Assembly (NCBI GenBank): GCA_019057865.1
Contig: JAHLWP010000025.1
Span: 1-60,110, forward strand
Origin: Promethearchaeota archaeon
GTDB taxonomy: Archaea > Asgardarchaeota > Lokiarchaeia > Sigyniarchaeales > SOKP01
Direction of reading: 5' to 3'
Length of the DNA: 60,110 nt
Shown: in pieces, positions 1-10,926 of the stretch
How the letters are laid out: each line of letters opens with the position of its first letter
Numbering within the stretch: the stretch's first letter is position 1
Position numbers and translations under genes: made by a program
Notes under the pieces: model-generated
What the model saw: the letters and a program-made list of their open reading frames with translations, nothing else
What the model was told of the DNA's origin: nothing
Databases searched by the model: none

Positions 1-61
1 CTATTAATACTTAATAAAAAATAATTAATTATATTTGTTATCAATAAATAGAAGAATCTAT

Positions 62-667
62 TTAATGCTCGAAGTAGAAATAAAAGTTAAAATTTTGGAT
101 CCTAACCTAATAAGAAAAAAATTTGAAGAAAATAATGGTGTCTATAAAGCATCATTACTTCATGAGGATACTTACTTTAATTTGCCTAAAGGGTTAAGAG
201 ATTTTAAGAAAACTGATGAAGCGCTAAGAATTAGGAAATCTATTGAATTCAGTAAAATCAATAGGGAAAAGGCTCAAAAAGCAACATATTTCATTACTTA
301 CAAAGGGAAAAAAATTGATTCTACTACAAAATCTCGAGAAGAAATTGAAGTAAGAATTGAAGATCTTGATAAATTGAAAGACTTATTAAAAGTATTAGGA
401 TTTCAAGAGATCTTTACAGTAAAAAAAGAAAGAGAATTATATGATTTCAAAATCAAAAATTATCATATTAAGGCTTTAATTGATTACTTACCAATTTTGA
501 AACAGCATTTTATAGAAGTTGAGATTATTTCTGATTCAATAGAAAATTTAGAGGCTTATCGTGAAACTCTTTTCGATTTATTAAGTTTGTTTGGAATTAA
601 AAAAGAAGAATCCATAAGGAAATCATATTTAGAACTGATTGCTGATAAGTTTAAAGGGCATTTATAG
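62..667 (+). CDS. cyaB: CYTH-domain protein (class IV adenylate cyclase / triphosphate tunnel metalloenzyme)
   Basis: EVEIK N-terminal motif, HEDTYF, ALRIR, ITYKG, REEIEV, VKKERE, FIEVE, C-terminal RKSYLEL; ATG at 62 preferred over TTG at 35. Confidence 0.9.
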   Translation, partial: LMLEVEIKVKILDPNLIRKKFEENNGVYKASLLHEDTYFNLPKGLRDFKKTDEALRIRKSIEFSKINREKAQKATYFITYKGKKIDSTTKSREEIEVRIEDLDKLKDLLKVLGFQEIFTVKKERELYDFKIKNYHIKALIDYLPILKQHFIEVEIISDSIENLEAYRETLFDLLSLFGIKKEESIRKSYLELIADKFKGHL

Positions 668-738
668 AATTAATTGAGTATATTAAACATAATATACTCA
701 ATAAGGAAATGGAAAAGGTATAAGCTTGAGAAATAATC

Positions 739-927
739 TTATTTGACTAGTAATCTGTCAATTCTTGCTATTTTCTTATCTAAATCATTCTTGACTTTAT
801 GAATGTCATAATTTTCATATATTCTTTTTATTAGACTTCTTTGGATAGAATTGGAATTTTTAGATACATCTTGAATAAAATTCAAGAATTCATAATAACT
901 TGTATCTATTTTCACTTTAGCTTCCAT
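739..927 (-). CDS. small hypothetical protein
   Basis: 62-aa ATG ORF filling an intergenic gap, GTGAG just upstream. Confidence 0.55.
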   Translation of the reverse strand: MEAKVKIDTSYYEFLNFIQDVSKNSNSIQRSLIKRIYENYDIHKVKNDLDKKIARIDRLLVK

Positions 928-1080
928 GGCATCTCACTTATATTTTAATCCTATTCAATTTATCACTAATTATAAAAAAAACATAAGAGAATAAAAATAA
1001 AATGGAGCCCAATTTTTATAGACAAGAAATTTTAAGAAAAAGGTCCTCCTAGCTTATCTAATCCTTTTTCAGGAATTGAA

Positions 1081-1362
1081 TTATTTTTTTAGTAAATCTT
1101 TGTAATTATTATCCATGATTTGGCCAATATATCGCCGTCCTTTAATGATCCACATAATTTTGTGGCCTTCACGTGCTTTCTTAGCCCATTCGGACTTTTT
1201 TCTGCGATTTTGTTCTATAAATCGATATCCAAACAAGTCTACATATTTAATCCCGCTTGAAAACTTTTTGATAGGATACTCAATATCATCTATTTCTACA
1301 TTCTTTTTTTCTTCAAATATAGCATCGAAAATTTTCAAACCAATTTCTTTTAAATCTTCCAT
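1081..1362 (-). CDS. hypothetical protein
   Basis: 93-aa ORF directly downstream of the HD gene, same strand, host-like composition. Confidence 0.75.
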   Translation of the reverse strand: MEDLKEIGLKIFDAIFEEKKNVEIDDIEYPIKKFSSGIKYVDLFGYRFIEQNRRKKSEWAKKAREGHKIMWIIKGRRYIGQIMDNNYKDLLKK

Positions 1363-1376
1363 AATTAAAAACCAAA

Positions 1377-2858
1377 CTAGATGGTTATAACATCTTGTGC
1401 TATAATATCCTCTTTCTTTTTATCCTTTGCTCCAGAAATTCTAATATCTTGAAGGTTGACAGTTGTTTCGGGAAAATTATCTCCACAGTTCAACCTACCA
1501 AATGTTTTTTTCTTCTCATTTGAAAATAACTTGAAATTAAATTCCATCAAGTCTTTAGCTTCTTGATTTTTAAACTGCATCATCCATGAAACTTCATCTA
1601 AATTGAACAAAAGTTCATCTAATAAAGTTACTTTTTTCAATTCTGTAGTAAAATATGTGTCTTTTACCTGAATAGGAATTGGTCTTCCCCATTCCTGTAA
1701 CTCATCAATTAACATTAGAAAAAATGCTAAAGGCTGCTCATCAAAAATATAGTCTTTAAGATTAGCTTTAAAATTATGTAATGCTATCGCTCTTGCGGCT
1801 TTAACATAGCCATCATATTCATCATTAGATTTAATTTCATCGGGAGTTCCAAGTCCTTTTAGGAGGGAAAGTGCAGAAATAACTCCGTGATCTAATTCTA
1901 TAGAGTCTTTAAATTCATATTCTGGATGTCCATTTGGTTGTCTTAAAAAAGTCTGCAAATCATGAGTAAATAAAGTTTTATGATAATATCCTGCTCCTTT
2001 CCTTATTAAAGCACGCGCTTCTTTTGAAAGTCCTTCTTCAATTATCTTTAAATATTCTTCTTGTTGACCCTTCCAAGCTAAATTAATTTCAAAAGGAATA
2101 AATTCTAAATCTAAAGTTGGATAACATTTTAATAATTGATTTACAAGAGAATAATTAATTGCGGTTGTCATTTTTCCTAATGGATACCCAATATCATGAA
2201 GCAGTCCAACAACCCACCAAAATTTATCTTTAAATAGCTTCTTGTCAAGTTCTATTAATTCAGAAATTAATCCTTCTAGTGAGCCTTGCCCAAAATCTTG
2301 TTCTAAAATAAAATCACCTAAGACCGCTACACGAAGAGCATGCTCTGTATGATCTCGATAATATTTTTTTACGCTTGTACTGTAAAGAAAGGCCTCAAGA
2401 TCTGGTAAGGCACGTATGAGATATAAAAGCCCTTCAGTTTCAATTCCTCGTTCTTTAGATACGTCGTAAAGTGCGGATGATAGATCTTTTCGCTTACCAG
2501 TTAAAAAGTCTAAGTCAAAACCAAAATCTAAGCCCTCAATACCTTTAATAGATTTTTTAATTTTTTTTTCAATTGGTTTTTGAGCCCCACTAATCATTTT
2601 CATAGTAAAATTTGAAAGCTTTTTTCCTAAAAATCCTAAATTTGCTAATTCTTCCTGTGCTGCAGCTAATTCCTTATCTGCACCTTTTAATGATTCAAAG
2701 ATTTCTTCTTTTTTGACTTCTCCTAGCATTTCTGAAGGAACATTTTCTAAGGATTTTTCTACCCCTTTCATTAGGTTACTAAACCATTGACTAAAACTAT
2801 TACTTTGAGAGGAGATTCGATTTAATATCCAATCATCATTTATTCGGAAATCTGGCAA
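1377..2858 (-). CDS. HD-domain metal-dependent phosphohydrolase
   Basis: RDHTEHALRV, GLLHDIGYP, DHG, AIALHN and IDELQEWGR motifs; TTG start with GAGGT RBS. Confidence 0.8.
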   Translation of the reverse strand: MPDFRINDDWILNRISSQSNSFSQWFSNLMKGVEKSLENVPSEMLGEVKKEEIFESLKGADKELAAAQEELANLGFLGKKLSNFTMKMISGAQKPIEKKIKKSIKGIEGLDFGFDLDFLTGKRKDLSSALYDVSKERGIETEGLLYLIRALPDLEAFLYSTSVKKYYRDHTEHALRVAVLGDFILEQDFGQGSLEGLISELIELDKKLFKDKFWWVVGLLHDIGYPLGKMTTAINYSLVNQLLKCYPTLDLEFIPFEINLAWKGQQEEYLKIIEEGLSKEARALIRKGAGYYHKTLFTHDLQTFLRQPNGHPEYEFKDSIELDHGVISALSLLKGLGTPDEIKSNDEYDGYVKAARAIALHNFKANLKDYIFDEQPLAFFLMLIDELQEWGRPIPIQVKDTYFTTELKKVTLLDELLFNLDEVSWMMQFKNQEAKDLMEFNFKLFSNEKKKTFGRLNCGDNFPETTVNLQDIRISGAKDKKKEDIIAQDVITI

Positions 2859-2964
2859 CTTACCTCAATTTATAGAATTTTTTAAAAATTAATAAATGAC
2901 ATTAGCATTTAATTCTTTTGAATTTATAAATTTAGTTTTAATTAAGATAAACTTAAAACTTTAA

Positions 2965-4101
2965 TTAGATAATACTCTCTTTCACTACTTCATGATGACA
3001 TACAGTAATGGGATAATTTTTTTGAGAAATTAACTTAATATTTTTTAAGACTTCTACAAAAGAAGCTAGTATTACTATATTACTTTCATTTCCTTTAATT
3101 TCCACATTTTCTTCTATATTACAATTATCTGAAATAATAGATCTTGCAATCTTCACATTTTTTGAAATATATGTTTCATTGTAAATTAAAGCTTCTTCGA
3201 TTTCCGAGTTTTCATCAATATACACATTATCTCCTATTATTACATTGGGACCAATTTTACAATTATTTCTAATTACAACATTTTCTCCTATAGTACATGG
3301 AGGAATTATTTCTACTTTGCCTTTAACTTTAATGGACTCATCAATTAAATTCTTTCTTTTCTCTTTTAAATCTTTCAGAAGATCATTCATCAAAAGAAGG
3401 TTTCCTTCTAATAATTCAGAAGAGTTACCAATATCTTTCCAAATTCCAATAATAGGATAATGGTAAAGCTTTTCTTTGTCTACAACTACAGGAAATACTT
3501 CTCTTTCAATTGAAACCTTTTTATTAGGTTCAATATAGGTAAAGATTTCAGGTTCTAAAATATATACACCTGCATTAATAGGCATAGGAACATATCCCCC
3601 CCCGGAAGGTGTGTACTCATCCTTTTCAAGGAATTTAATTATTCTATTAGAATCCTTATCAGTAATCAAAACGCCATATCTTGAAGGATCTTCGACAATC
3701 TTACTGGCAATTGTTCCTATTCCATTAAATTTTTCATGTGATTTTAACATTTCGCTAAAATCATAATTTAATATGACATCACCATTTAACATAAAAAAAT
3801 TATCATCTTTAAGGAAATCCTCTGCCAGTTTTATTGCTCCTGCTGTTCCCATTGGATGCTTTTCATCTGTATAATGAATTTTTATATCCCATTTCTTGCC
3901 ATCATGAAAATAACCTTTTAGGGCATCAGCCATTACGCTTACTGCTAAAACAACTTCTCTAACACCTGCAGATTTTAATAAAAGCATTTGACGTTCTATC
4001 ACTGGTTTATTGACAACTGGAATTAGAGATTTAGGAATAGTACAAGTCAAAGGTCTTAATCGTGTTCCCCATCCACCTGATATGATAACTGCCTTTACCA
4101 T
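2965..4101 (-). CDS. sugar-1-phosphate nucleotidyltransferase (mannose-1-P guanylyltransferase-like) with left-handed beta-helix C-terminus
   Basis: AVIISGGWGTRLRPLT..PK, GTAGAI, NGD, WKDIG; hexapeptide repeats (IGENVVI, IGPNVII). Confidence 0.9.
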   Translation of the reverse strand: MVKAVIISGGWGTRLRPLTCTIPKSLIPVVNKPVIERQMLLLKSAGVREVVLAVSVMADALKGYFHDGKKWDIKIHYTDEKHPMGTAGAIKLAEDFLKDDNFFMLNGDVILNYDFSEMLKSHEKFNGIGTIASKIVEDPSRYGVLITDKDSNRIIKFLEKDEYTPSGGGYVPMPINAGVYILEPEIFTYIEPNKKVSIEREVFPVVVDKEKLYHYPIIGIWKDIGNSSELLEGNLLLMNDLLKDLKEKRKNLIDESIKVKGKVEIIPPCTIGENVVIRNNCKIGPNVIIGDNVYIDENSEIEEALIYNETYISKNVKIARSIISDNCNIEENVEIKGNESNIVILASFVEVLKNIKLISQKNYPITVCHHEVVKESII

Positions 4102-4315
4102 TTTTGAGAATTCCTTGTATATTAAATGTAATAAACTTAGATTATTTTATAAAAGAATTAAAATTAAAATTAAAATTTAATCTATTATCTCTTTTTTCCA
4201 TCTATTCTAATAGTATTTAATAAAAATAAGATTTATCTTTTACTACTCTTCTGATATATGTAAAAAGCCATGTTATGAATTTTTAATAAAAAGAAAAAAT
4301 TCATAAAAGTCTAGT

Positions 4316-6085
4316 TTACTTTTTTTTAAATAGTGGATCTGCTTCTTGCAATGTACGCCTTTGAATTTTTCCCATAATATTTTTCGGGATTTCATCAATG
4401 AATTCTATAATAGCAGGACATTTCCACTTGGTCATATTCTTTTCAGTCCAAGCAATTAATTGATCCTCAGTAATTTTACCTTTATATTCAGGTTTTAATG
4501 CAACCCACGCTTTTGTTATTTCACCAACTTTTCCTGCAGGATCTGGAAGACCTGCGACTGCTGCTTCTGATACTGCTTCATTACTCATTAACATCGTTTC
4601 AACTTCAGCTGGAAAGACGGAATGACCAGCCACTTTAATTAATTGCTTTTTTCTGTCCCTAAGAGCCACTGTTCCATCTTCATTCATAAAACCTATATCA
4701 CCAGTAAGGAGCCATGTTCTACCATCCCATGTTTTTAAGGTTTCGTTTGTTTCTTCAGGCTGATTTAGATAAACTTTCATAACTTGAGGTCCACAGACAC
4801 ATAGTTCACCTGTATTATCTTCTCCATATTTTGAACCTGACAATCCATCTGCTATTGGACCTTTCTCAAAATCATTTACATCAAAAATTCCCCAATCAGT
4901 ACCTGGAAAAGGCATTCCAATCGTGCCAATTGGGCTCTCGCCAAATAAATTCCCAGCACTAACTACTGGAGATGCTTCTGAAAGACCATATCCTTCAACG
5001 ATTCTTCCACCTGTATTTTTTTGAAATGACTGTTGTACTGGCGCATGTAAAGGTCCAGCACCTGAAATGCAAAGCCTTAACCTTCCCATCAAATTCGGGA
5101 ATTTATCAAGTTCTGGGAAATCAGCAATTCTTTTAAATAAAATTTCTGCTCCCGCATAAAATAATCCCTTTGGAGCAGGAATATGAGTAATTTCCTTTAA
5201 AAATTTATCAGTTGGAGGTGGTATTGGGAATAGCATCATCCAACCTCCCAAACCAATAGCTACATTCATAACAGCCGTCATAGCAAATGAATGGAACAAT
5301 GGTATTGCTCCAATATCTCCAACACCTGGATCTTCACCACCTACCCACAAAACAGCTTGCATTGCATTTGAAACCAAGTTAAAATGTGTTAAAACAGTAG
5401 CTTTAGGAACTCCAGTTGTTCCACCTGTCATTATATATGTTGATGTATGTTCAGTTGGATCAATGTCTACCTTTGGAAGATCAGGTTTAGTTTTGAGTAG
5501 ATCTAAGAACTTATTTGCACCAGGAAAATCAACTTTTCCTTTTGGTATCTTTCCCTTCATTTTTCCTAGACCTTTTTTCCAGCCAGCTATATCAGATGCT
5601 AGATCAGCTACATTAGTATATATAACCTTTTCAACATTTGTTTTATTAATTATTGGACGGACTAATTCACCATATAATGCATCTAATGTGATTAAAACTT
5701 TTGCATTAGTCAATTTAAGATGGTGTAATACCTCTAATGGTTTATAGGTTATATTTATTCCAGTGGCAATAGCACCAATTTTTACGGTTGCATAAAAACT
5801 GATTACATATTGAAAACTATTTGGCAAAAAGAGTGCTACTACATCTCCTTTCTTTATTCCTAAATTATGAAGAGCAGTTCCTAAGGAATCTATTGCCTTA
5901 CCCGCCTCTTCATATGTCATCCATGATTCTAAAAACCACATCATATGTTCATTAGCATACTTCTTTCTTTGTCTTTGAAAAAAATCTCCTAATGATATTT
6001 TTTCAAAATTGTAATTCTTTGGAGTGTCTTTAGGCCACCACTTCTTAAACCAAGCTTTATCTTCATTTACTTGCCATTCTGCCAT
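4316..6085 (-). CDS. long-chain-fatty-acid--CoA ligase (AMP-forming)
   Basis: TGGTTGVPK P-loop, GYGLSE, TGDIG, GELCVCGPQVM, GKIQR. Confidence 0.92.
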   Translation of the reverse strand: MAEWQVNEDKAWFKKWWPKDTPKNYNFEKISLGDFFQRQRKKYANEHMMWFLESWMTYEEAGKAIDSLGTALHNLGIKKGDVVALFLPNSFQYVISFYATVKIGAIATGINITYKPLEVLHHLKLTNAKVLITLDALYGELVRPIINKTNVEKVIYTNVADLASDIAGWKKGLGKMKGKIPKGKVDFPGANKFLDLLKTKPDLPKVDIDPTEHTSTYIMTGGTTGVPKATVLTHFNLVSNAMQAVLWVGGEDPGVGDIGAIPLFHSFAMTAVMNVAIGLGGWMMLFPIPPPTDKFLKEITHIPAPKGLFYAGAEILFKRIADFPELDKFPNLMGRLRLCISGAGPLHAPVQQSFQKNTGGRIVEGYGLSEASPVVSAGNLFGESPIGTIGMPFPGTDWGIFDVNDFEKGPIADGLSGSKYGEDNTGELCVCGPQVMKVYLNQPEETNETLKTWDGRTWLLTGDIGFMNEDGTVALRDRKKQLIKVAGHSVFPAEVETMLMSNEAVSEAAVAGLPDPAGKVGEITKAWVALKPEYKGKITEDQLIAWTEKNMTKWKCPAIIEFIDEIPKNIMGKIQRRTLQEADPLFKKK

Positions 6086-6387
6086 TTTTTTCCACTTACC
6101 TATTTTTTCTTAATTTTTTTACTTAGAGTACAAATATTAGTTATTAAATCGGAATATAAAAAGTAATTTCTTTAAATTTAAAAATTTTATAAAAAACCAA
6201 CTATATGGTTATTTTCTCTGCAAATAGATAAACCCACGCTAAGAAAATAGAGGTAATGAAAAATCATATAGGTTTAATTTCAAATTATCGAAAATAATCC
6301 CCTGAAAAAATTATTCATTTTTATAATAACAAAAATTATAAGATAAAATTAATTCGATTTACTCAGAATTAAATTAAATAACGGAGA

Positions 6388-6762
6388 ATGAAAGATTTGA
6401 TTTGTATTCATGGTTTAGATGAGATGAACTGTCCTACTTGCCGAATTATTAGATCTACATTACCAAAAAATTTTCTTGATACGAATAATAATCCTTTTTT
6501 AAAAATTGAAAATCCCTTATTTAGAAAAAATTATCATGATGATCAGGAAGTTTTAAAAGAGTTACTCCCTAAAAAAGTTAATAGTAATTCAAATCCGATT
6601 AATTTAATTTCAAGACCAAATTTGATTAATGAAATCCCTAACTTTAAAAATAAAATGCTTTCAGAGCGTCTAAATGAATTGGATTTAACCAAATTTGATA
6701 AGTTTGGGATTAGTAAAAAGACACCACTCGAAAGCCCAGAGTGGAAATTTGAAAAAGATTAA
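6388..6762 (+). CDS. hypothetical protein with N-terminal C-x-H...C-x2-C putative zinc site
   Basis: CIHGLDEMNCPTC at N-terminus; ATG start with GGAG immediately upstream. Confidence 0.7.
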   Translation: MKDLICIHGLDEMNCPTCRIIRSTLPKNFLDTNNNPFLKIENPLFRKNYHDDQEVLKELLPKKVNSNSNPINLISRPNLINEIPNFKNKMLSERLNELDLTKFDKFGISKKTPLESPEWKFEKD

Positions 6763-6876
6763 TTATTTTCTTATACTTTACTTATTAATTTTAGATGTTA
6801 CATATCAATTTATAGTTATAAAACTTTAAATCATAAATATAATTTATAGCTTATTTAATGAATAATATTTAAAGAG

Positions 6877-7533
6877 GTGGAACAATTGGAAGCACAAATG
6901 GAAATAGAATGGTTTGGGCAAGCAGCATTCAAGATAAAAATGTTTAGTGGAAGAATTATTTATCTAGATCCTTATGACATTCCTAAAGGAGCTGAAAAAG
7001 CAGATATTATAGTAACATCACACACTCATGGAGATCATTTCGACTCAAGTAGCATTAAAAAGTTAATGAGAGAAGATACAGTTTTATTAGGTCCTGCTAG
7101 TATTGCTAGTAGTTTGAAACAATTCAATGGTCAACCATTAAGAATTGGGGATTCTTTTGATTATAAAGATTTATCTATCGAATTATTTCCAGCTTATACA
7201 ATAAAAAAGAATACACATCCTAAAAGCAATGAATGGGCGGGTACAATAATTGAATCTGGGGGTAAAAGTGTCTATCATGCTGGAGATACAGGAAGAATAC
7301 CAGAAATGAAAGATCTAGCAAAAAGGAACATAACAGTAGCATTACTACCATGTGGGGGAATTTACACTATGGATTTTGAAGAAGCTATTGAAGTAGCATT
7401 AGATATTAAACCAGAAATTGTTGTTCCCATGCACCATTGGGGAAAAGATTTAAATGAGTTTAAGGAACTTCTCGAAAAGAAAGATCCCACTATTAAGGTA
7501 GAAATATTAGAAAATAGATCATTAAAAATTTAG
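6877..7533 (+). CDS. MBL-fold metallo-hydrolase (paralog 1)
   Basis: SHTHGDHFD, YHAGDT, PMHH; true start may be a few codons downstream of the GAGGTG. Confidence 0.9.
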   Translation: MEQLEAQMEIEWFGQAAFKIKMFSGRIIYLDPYDIPKGAEKADIIVTSHTHGDHFDSSSIKKLMREDTVLLGPASIASSLKQFNGQPLRIGDSFDYKDLSIELFPAYTIKKNTHPKSNEWAGTIIESGGKSVYHAGDTGRIPEMKDLAKRNITVALLPCGGIYTMDFEEAIEVALDIKPEIVVPMHHWGKDLNEFKELLEKKDPTIKVEILENRSLKI

Positions 7534-7535
7534 AG

Positions 7536-8198
7536 GTGTACTATTTGGAAATATTTTGGTTAAAACATGCTGCTTTTAAAATTAAAACAGAAAGTGGTAC
7601 AATTATTTATTTAGATCCTTTTAAAGTTCCCAAGGGTGAAGAAAAAGCAGATATTATTATCAGTAGTCATGATCACGGAGATCATTTTGATGAGGAATCA
7701 ATAAATAATATTTTAAAAGATTCAACATTAGTTTTAGGTCCGATAAGTATTTCAGAAGTATTAGATAAATATAAGGGAAAGGGATTGAAATTATATGAAC
7801 CTTTCAAAGTCGATGATATTCAAATTGAGTTTATTCCTGCATATAATATAAAAAGAAAAAGAGAGTCTGGGGAACCATTTCATCCAAAAGAAAGGAATTG
7901 GGTAGGAACAATATTGGAGATTGAAGGAAAGAAGATTTATCATGCAGGAGATACTGAAAGAATTCCAGAAATGAAAGAGTTAGCTTCGAGAAATATTGAT
8001 GTTGCTATGTTACCTTGTGGAGGAATGTACACGATGGATTTTGAAGAATCCACAGATGTTGCAGTAGATATTAAGGCTAAAATTGTAATCCCAATGCATA
8101 ATTGGGATAAAAAGATGCAAGAATATAAAAATATTTTAGCAAAGAAGGATTCTCAAATTAAAGTAGAGACTTTAAAGAATAAGTCATTAAAACTATAA
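7536..8198 (+). CDS. MBL-fold metallo-hydrolase (paralog 2)
   Basis: SHDHGDHFD, YHAGDT, PMHN; tandem paralog of the preceding gene; likely TTG start at 7545. Confidence 0.9.
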   Translation: MYYLEIFWLKHAAFKIKTESGTIIYLDPFKVPKGEEKADIIISSHDHGDHFDEESINNILKDSTLVLGPISISEVLDKYKGKGLKLYEPFKVDDIQIEFIPAYNIKRKRESGEPFHPKERNWVGTILEIEGKKIYHAGDTERIPEMKELASRNIDVAMLPCGGMYTMDFEESTDVAVDIKAKIVIPMHNWDKKMQEYKNILAKKDSQIKVETLKNKSLKL

Positions 8199-8250
8199 AG
8201 ATTTAATCAACTTTTTTAACATTTTCTTATAATTTTTATTATTGGTTTTT

Positions 8251-9012
8251 TTAGTTCTTAACTAAATCTAATATTTCCTTCAAATTTGAAATCTTTTTAT
8301 AAATAAATTTATTCAAATCTTGAGTGTTCATCATTTTAAAAGTATTTTTTGCATCATAATCATTTCCAATTATTTTCTTCTTAGAAATACTACGTTGAAT
8401 TAAAATCGGTTTAATTCCCGCTTTAGTTGCACCAATTATATCTTCCTTACTATCTCCAATATAAATAACATCTTGGGATTCTAAATTCATTTTTTTTAGG
8501 GTAATAAAAAAGATGGATGGATCTGGCTTTTTAAATCCTACTTCTCCTGAAATAGTGATCTCATCGAAATACTCAATTAAATTGTATTTATTTAAAATCG
8601 AGTAAATATAAGGGGGATGGTCAAAATTAGTAATTAAGGCTATTTTTTTAGACTTTTTAAGTTCACTCAATAAAGGAATTGCATCTAAATCAATTCTTAC
8701 ATAATTATGCCAAGCATCAACACAAGCATGAGCAGTTTCCTTTATCTCTGATTCTTTAAGCTTTAAACCTAAATTATCGGAAAAGTATTTAATACGATTT
8801 TCATAAACTGTTAAATTTTTATGCAATACAGAAGGTTCTGGTTTTGTGAAAAAATTATTACACATTCTCGCAAAAATTTTTTTAGATGAATCTAATCCAT
8901 AATCTTTCAAAGATTTATAAAATGTTAAAAACCAGTTTTTCCATGCTTTTTTACTGTTTTTACTAGTTAACAGTGTTCCGTAAAGATCAAAAAGAATTCC
9001 TTTTATCAGCAT
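8251..9012 (-). CDS. HAD-superfamily hydrolase
   Basis: FDLYGTL, ITN, KPDP, IGDS..DI.GA. Confidence 0.9.
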   Translation of the reverse strand: MLIKGILFDLYGTLLTSKNSKKAWKNWFLTFYKSLKDYGLDSSKKIFARMCNNFFTKPEPSVLHKNLTVYENRIKYFSDNLGLKLKESEIKETAHACVDAWHNYVRIDLDAIPLLSELKKSKKIALITNFDHPPYIYSILNKYNLIEYFDEITISGEVGFKKPDPSIFFITLKKMNLESQDVIYIGDSKEDIIGATKAGIKPILIQRSISKKKIIGNDYDAKNTFKMMNTQDLNKFIYKKISNLKEILDLVKN

Positions 9013-9171
9013 TGTGGTATTTATTACTAAAAATTAATATTTTTTAGAGTTATTTGATTTTATAATCTTTCTTTAAACATAAGAATTTAAAATAAGAATT
9101 TTAAGAATAATATATATCATTAAAATAAATACAATTTTTCAAATTAAAATTAAAGAAAATTTGGGAGAATA

Positions 9172-10887
9172 ATGGAAATTACTGAATCTCATAAAGAAAA
9201 TACGTTATTGGGTTATATTTCAATGGAAATAGCTGTAGATTCAAATATCCCAACATATAGTGGAGGTTTAGGAGTTTTATCTGGAGATACAGTACGATCA
9301 GCAGCGGATTTAGAACTTCCCATGGTTGGAATATGTTTATGTTACAGTTCAGGTTACTTTTATCAATTTTTTAATGAATATGGAGAACAAAAAGAAAGAG
9401 AAATTGAATGGAATTTCTTTTATGAGTTCGAGAAGTTACCAGAGCCAATTATTATAAAAATAGAGAATAAAGATGTAATGGTTTCAGCATGGCAATATAA
9501 TGTTATAGGTCAATCTGGTCATATATTACCTATTTACTTATTAACAACTGATGTTAAGGGAAATGAAGAATGGATGAAAAAAATGACTGGATCTCTGTAT
9601 GATTCCACTTCAAGATGGAATAGAATTGTGCAAGAAATGATATTAGGTATAGGGGGTGTTAAACTTTTAAAATCTTTGGGATATAACAATATTCAAACAT
9701 ACCATCTTAATGAAGGTCATGGCTCTTTTGCTATAGTTGAATTATTCAACATGTTAAATGGTGATATTGAAAAAGTAAAGAATAAAGTGGTTTTTACAAT
9801 GCATACTCCTGTTCCTGCAGGGCATGATAGATTTGATCAAAGTCTAGTTGATAAAGTATTCGGAAGTAGAATGCCTGCAGAAATTAGGACATGTGCGGAT
9901 GATAATGGCCAGTTTAATATGACTTTTTTAGCTATGGCTCTATCTCGATATAGGAATGGAGTTGCTAAAAAACATGGTGAAATCTCAAGGAAAATGTTCC
10001 CACAATATGAGGTTGACCATATAACCAATGGGATTCATTTGCCTTTTTGGGTTTCTAAGCCTTTTCGAAAAATATTTAGCAGAAAATGGCCAAATTGGAG
10101 GGCAAATCCTCAAGTTCTTGAAAATGCAATCGAGCTAGATGATTTAGACATTTTTGATGCTCATATTGTGAACAAATTTAATCTAATTAGTTATCAAAAG
10201 GGGCATAGTTGGAATTTGCTTGATGAAGAATTAATAACAGTAGGTTTTGCTAGACGTTTTGCTACATATAAAAGAGCAGTTATTATCTTTCATGATGTTG
10301 ATAGATTAGGTAAAATTTGTAAAAATAATGTACAATTTATTTTTGCTGGGAAAGCTCATCCAAAAGATCAAATGGGAAAAGATTATATAAAAGAGATCCA
10401 TGAAACAGGTGAATATTTATATGATAATTATGGAGTAAAAGTTGTGATGATGGAGAATTATAATATGGATCTTGCACATATGCTAGTAAGTGGATGTGAT
10501 CTTTGGCTTAATACACCAAATAGATACCGTGAAGCTAGCGGTACAAGCGGAATGAAAGCAGCTTTAAATGGAGTACCAAACTTTTCTGTTCTTGATGGTT
10601 GGTGGCTTGAAGGTTATAAAATGAATTCTTATGCAGGATGGGCAATTGGACCAGATGATTCTGATCCTAAAGCTATGGAAAATAATTGGGACGTCGACGC
10701 TAATTATATATATCAAACTCTTGAGAATGAGATTATTCCAACATATATGAATCATGATGAATGGATATTTAGGCAAAAAAATGCAATCTCTTTAGCTGCT
10801 TATTTCAATACTCATCGGATGGTCGAAGAATACGCTGAAAAAGCATATAAGTTAAAAAGACAAAGGCCATGGAAGTTTGTTAGTTAA
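9172..10887 (+). CDS. glgP: alpha-glucan (glycogen/maltodextrin) phosphorylase
   Basis: YSGGLGVLSGD, HLNEGH, FTMHTPVPAGHDRF, ARRFATYKR, EASGTSGMK (PLP lysine). Confidence 0.95.
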   Translation: MEITESHKENTLLGYISMEIAVDSNIPTYSGGLGVLSGDTVRSAADLELPMVGICLCYSSGYFYQFFNEYGEQKEREIEWNFFYEFEKLPEPIIIKIENKDVMVSAWQYNVIGQSGHILPIYLLTTDVKGNEEWMKKMTGSLYDSTSRWNRIVQEMILGIGGVKLLKSLGYNNIQTYHLNEGHGSFAIVELFNMLNGDIEKVKNKVVFTMHTPVPAGHDRFDQSLVDKVFGSRMPAEIRTCADDNGQFNMTFLAMALSRYRNGVAKKHGEISRKMFPQYEVDHITNGIHLPFWVSKPFRKIFSRKWPNWRANPQVLENAIELDDLDIFDAHIVNKFNLISYQKGHSWNLLDEELITVGFARRFATYKRAVIIFHDVDRLGKICKNNVQFIFAGKAHPKDQMGKDYIKEIHETGEYLYDNYGVKVVMMENYNMDLAHMLVSGCDLWLNTPNRYREASGTSGMKAALNGVPNFSVLDGWWLEGYKMNSYAGWAIGPDDSDPKAMENNWDVDANYIYQTLENEIIPTYMNHDEWIFRQKNAISLAAYFNTHRMVEEYAEKAYKLKRQRPWKFVS

Positions 10888-10926
10888 ATCTTCTCATTTA
10901 TTTTTTTAATTTTCTATTTAAAGAAT

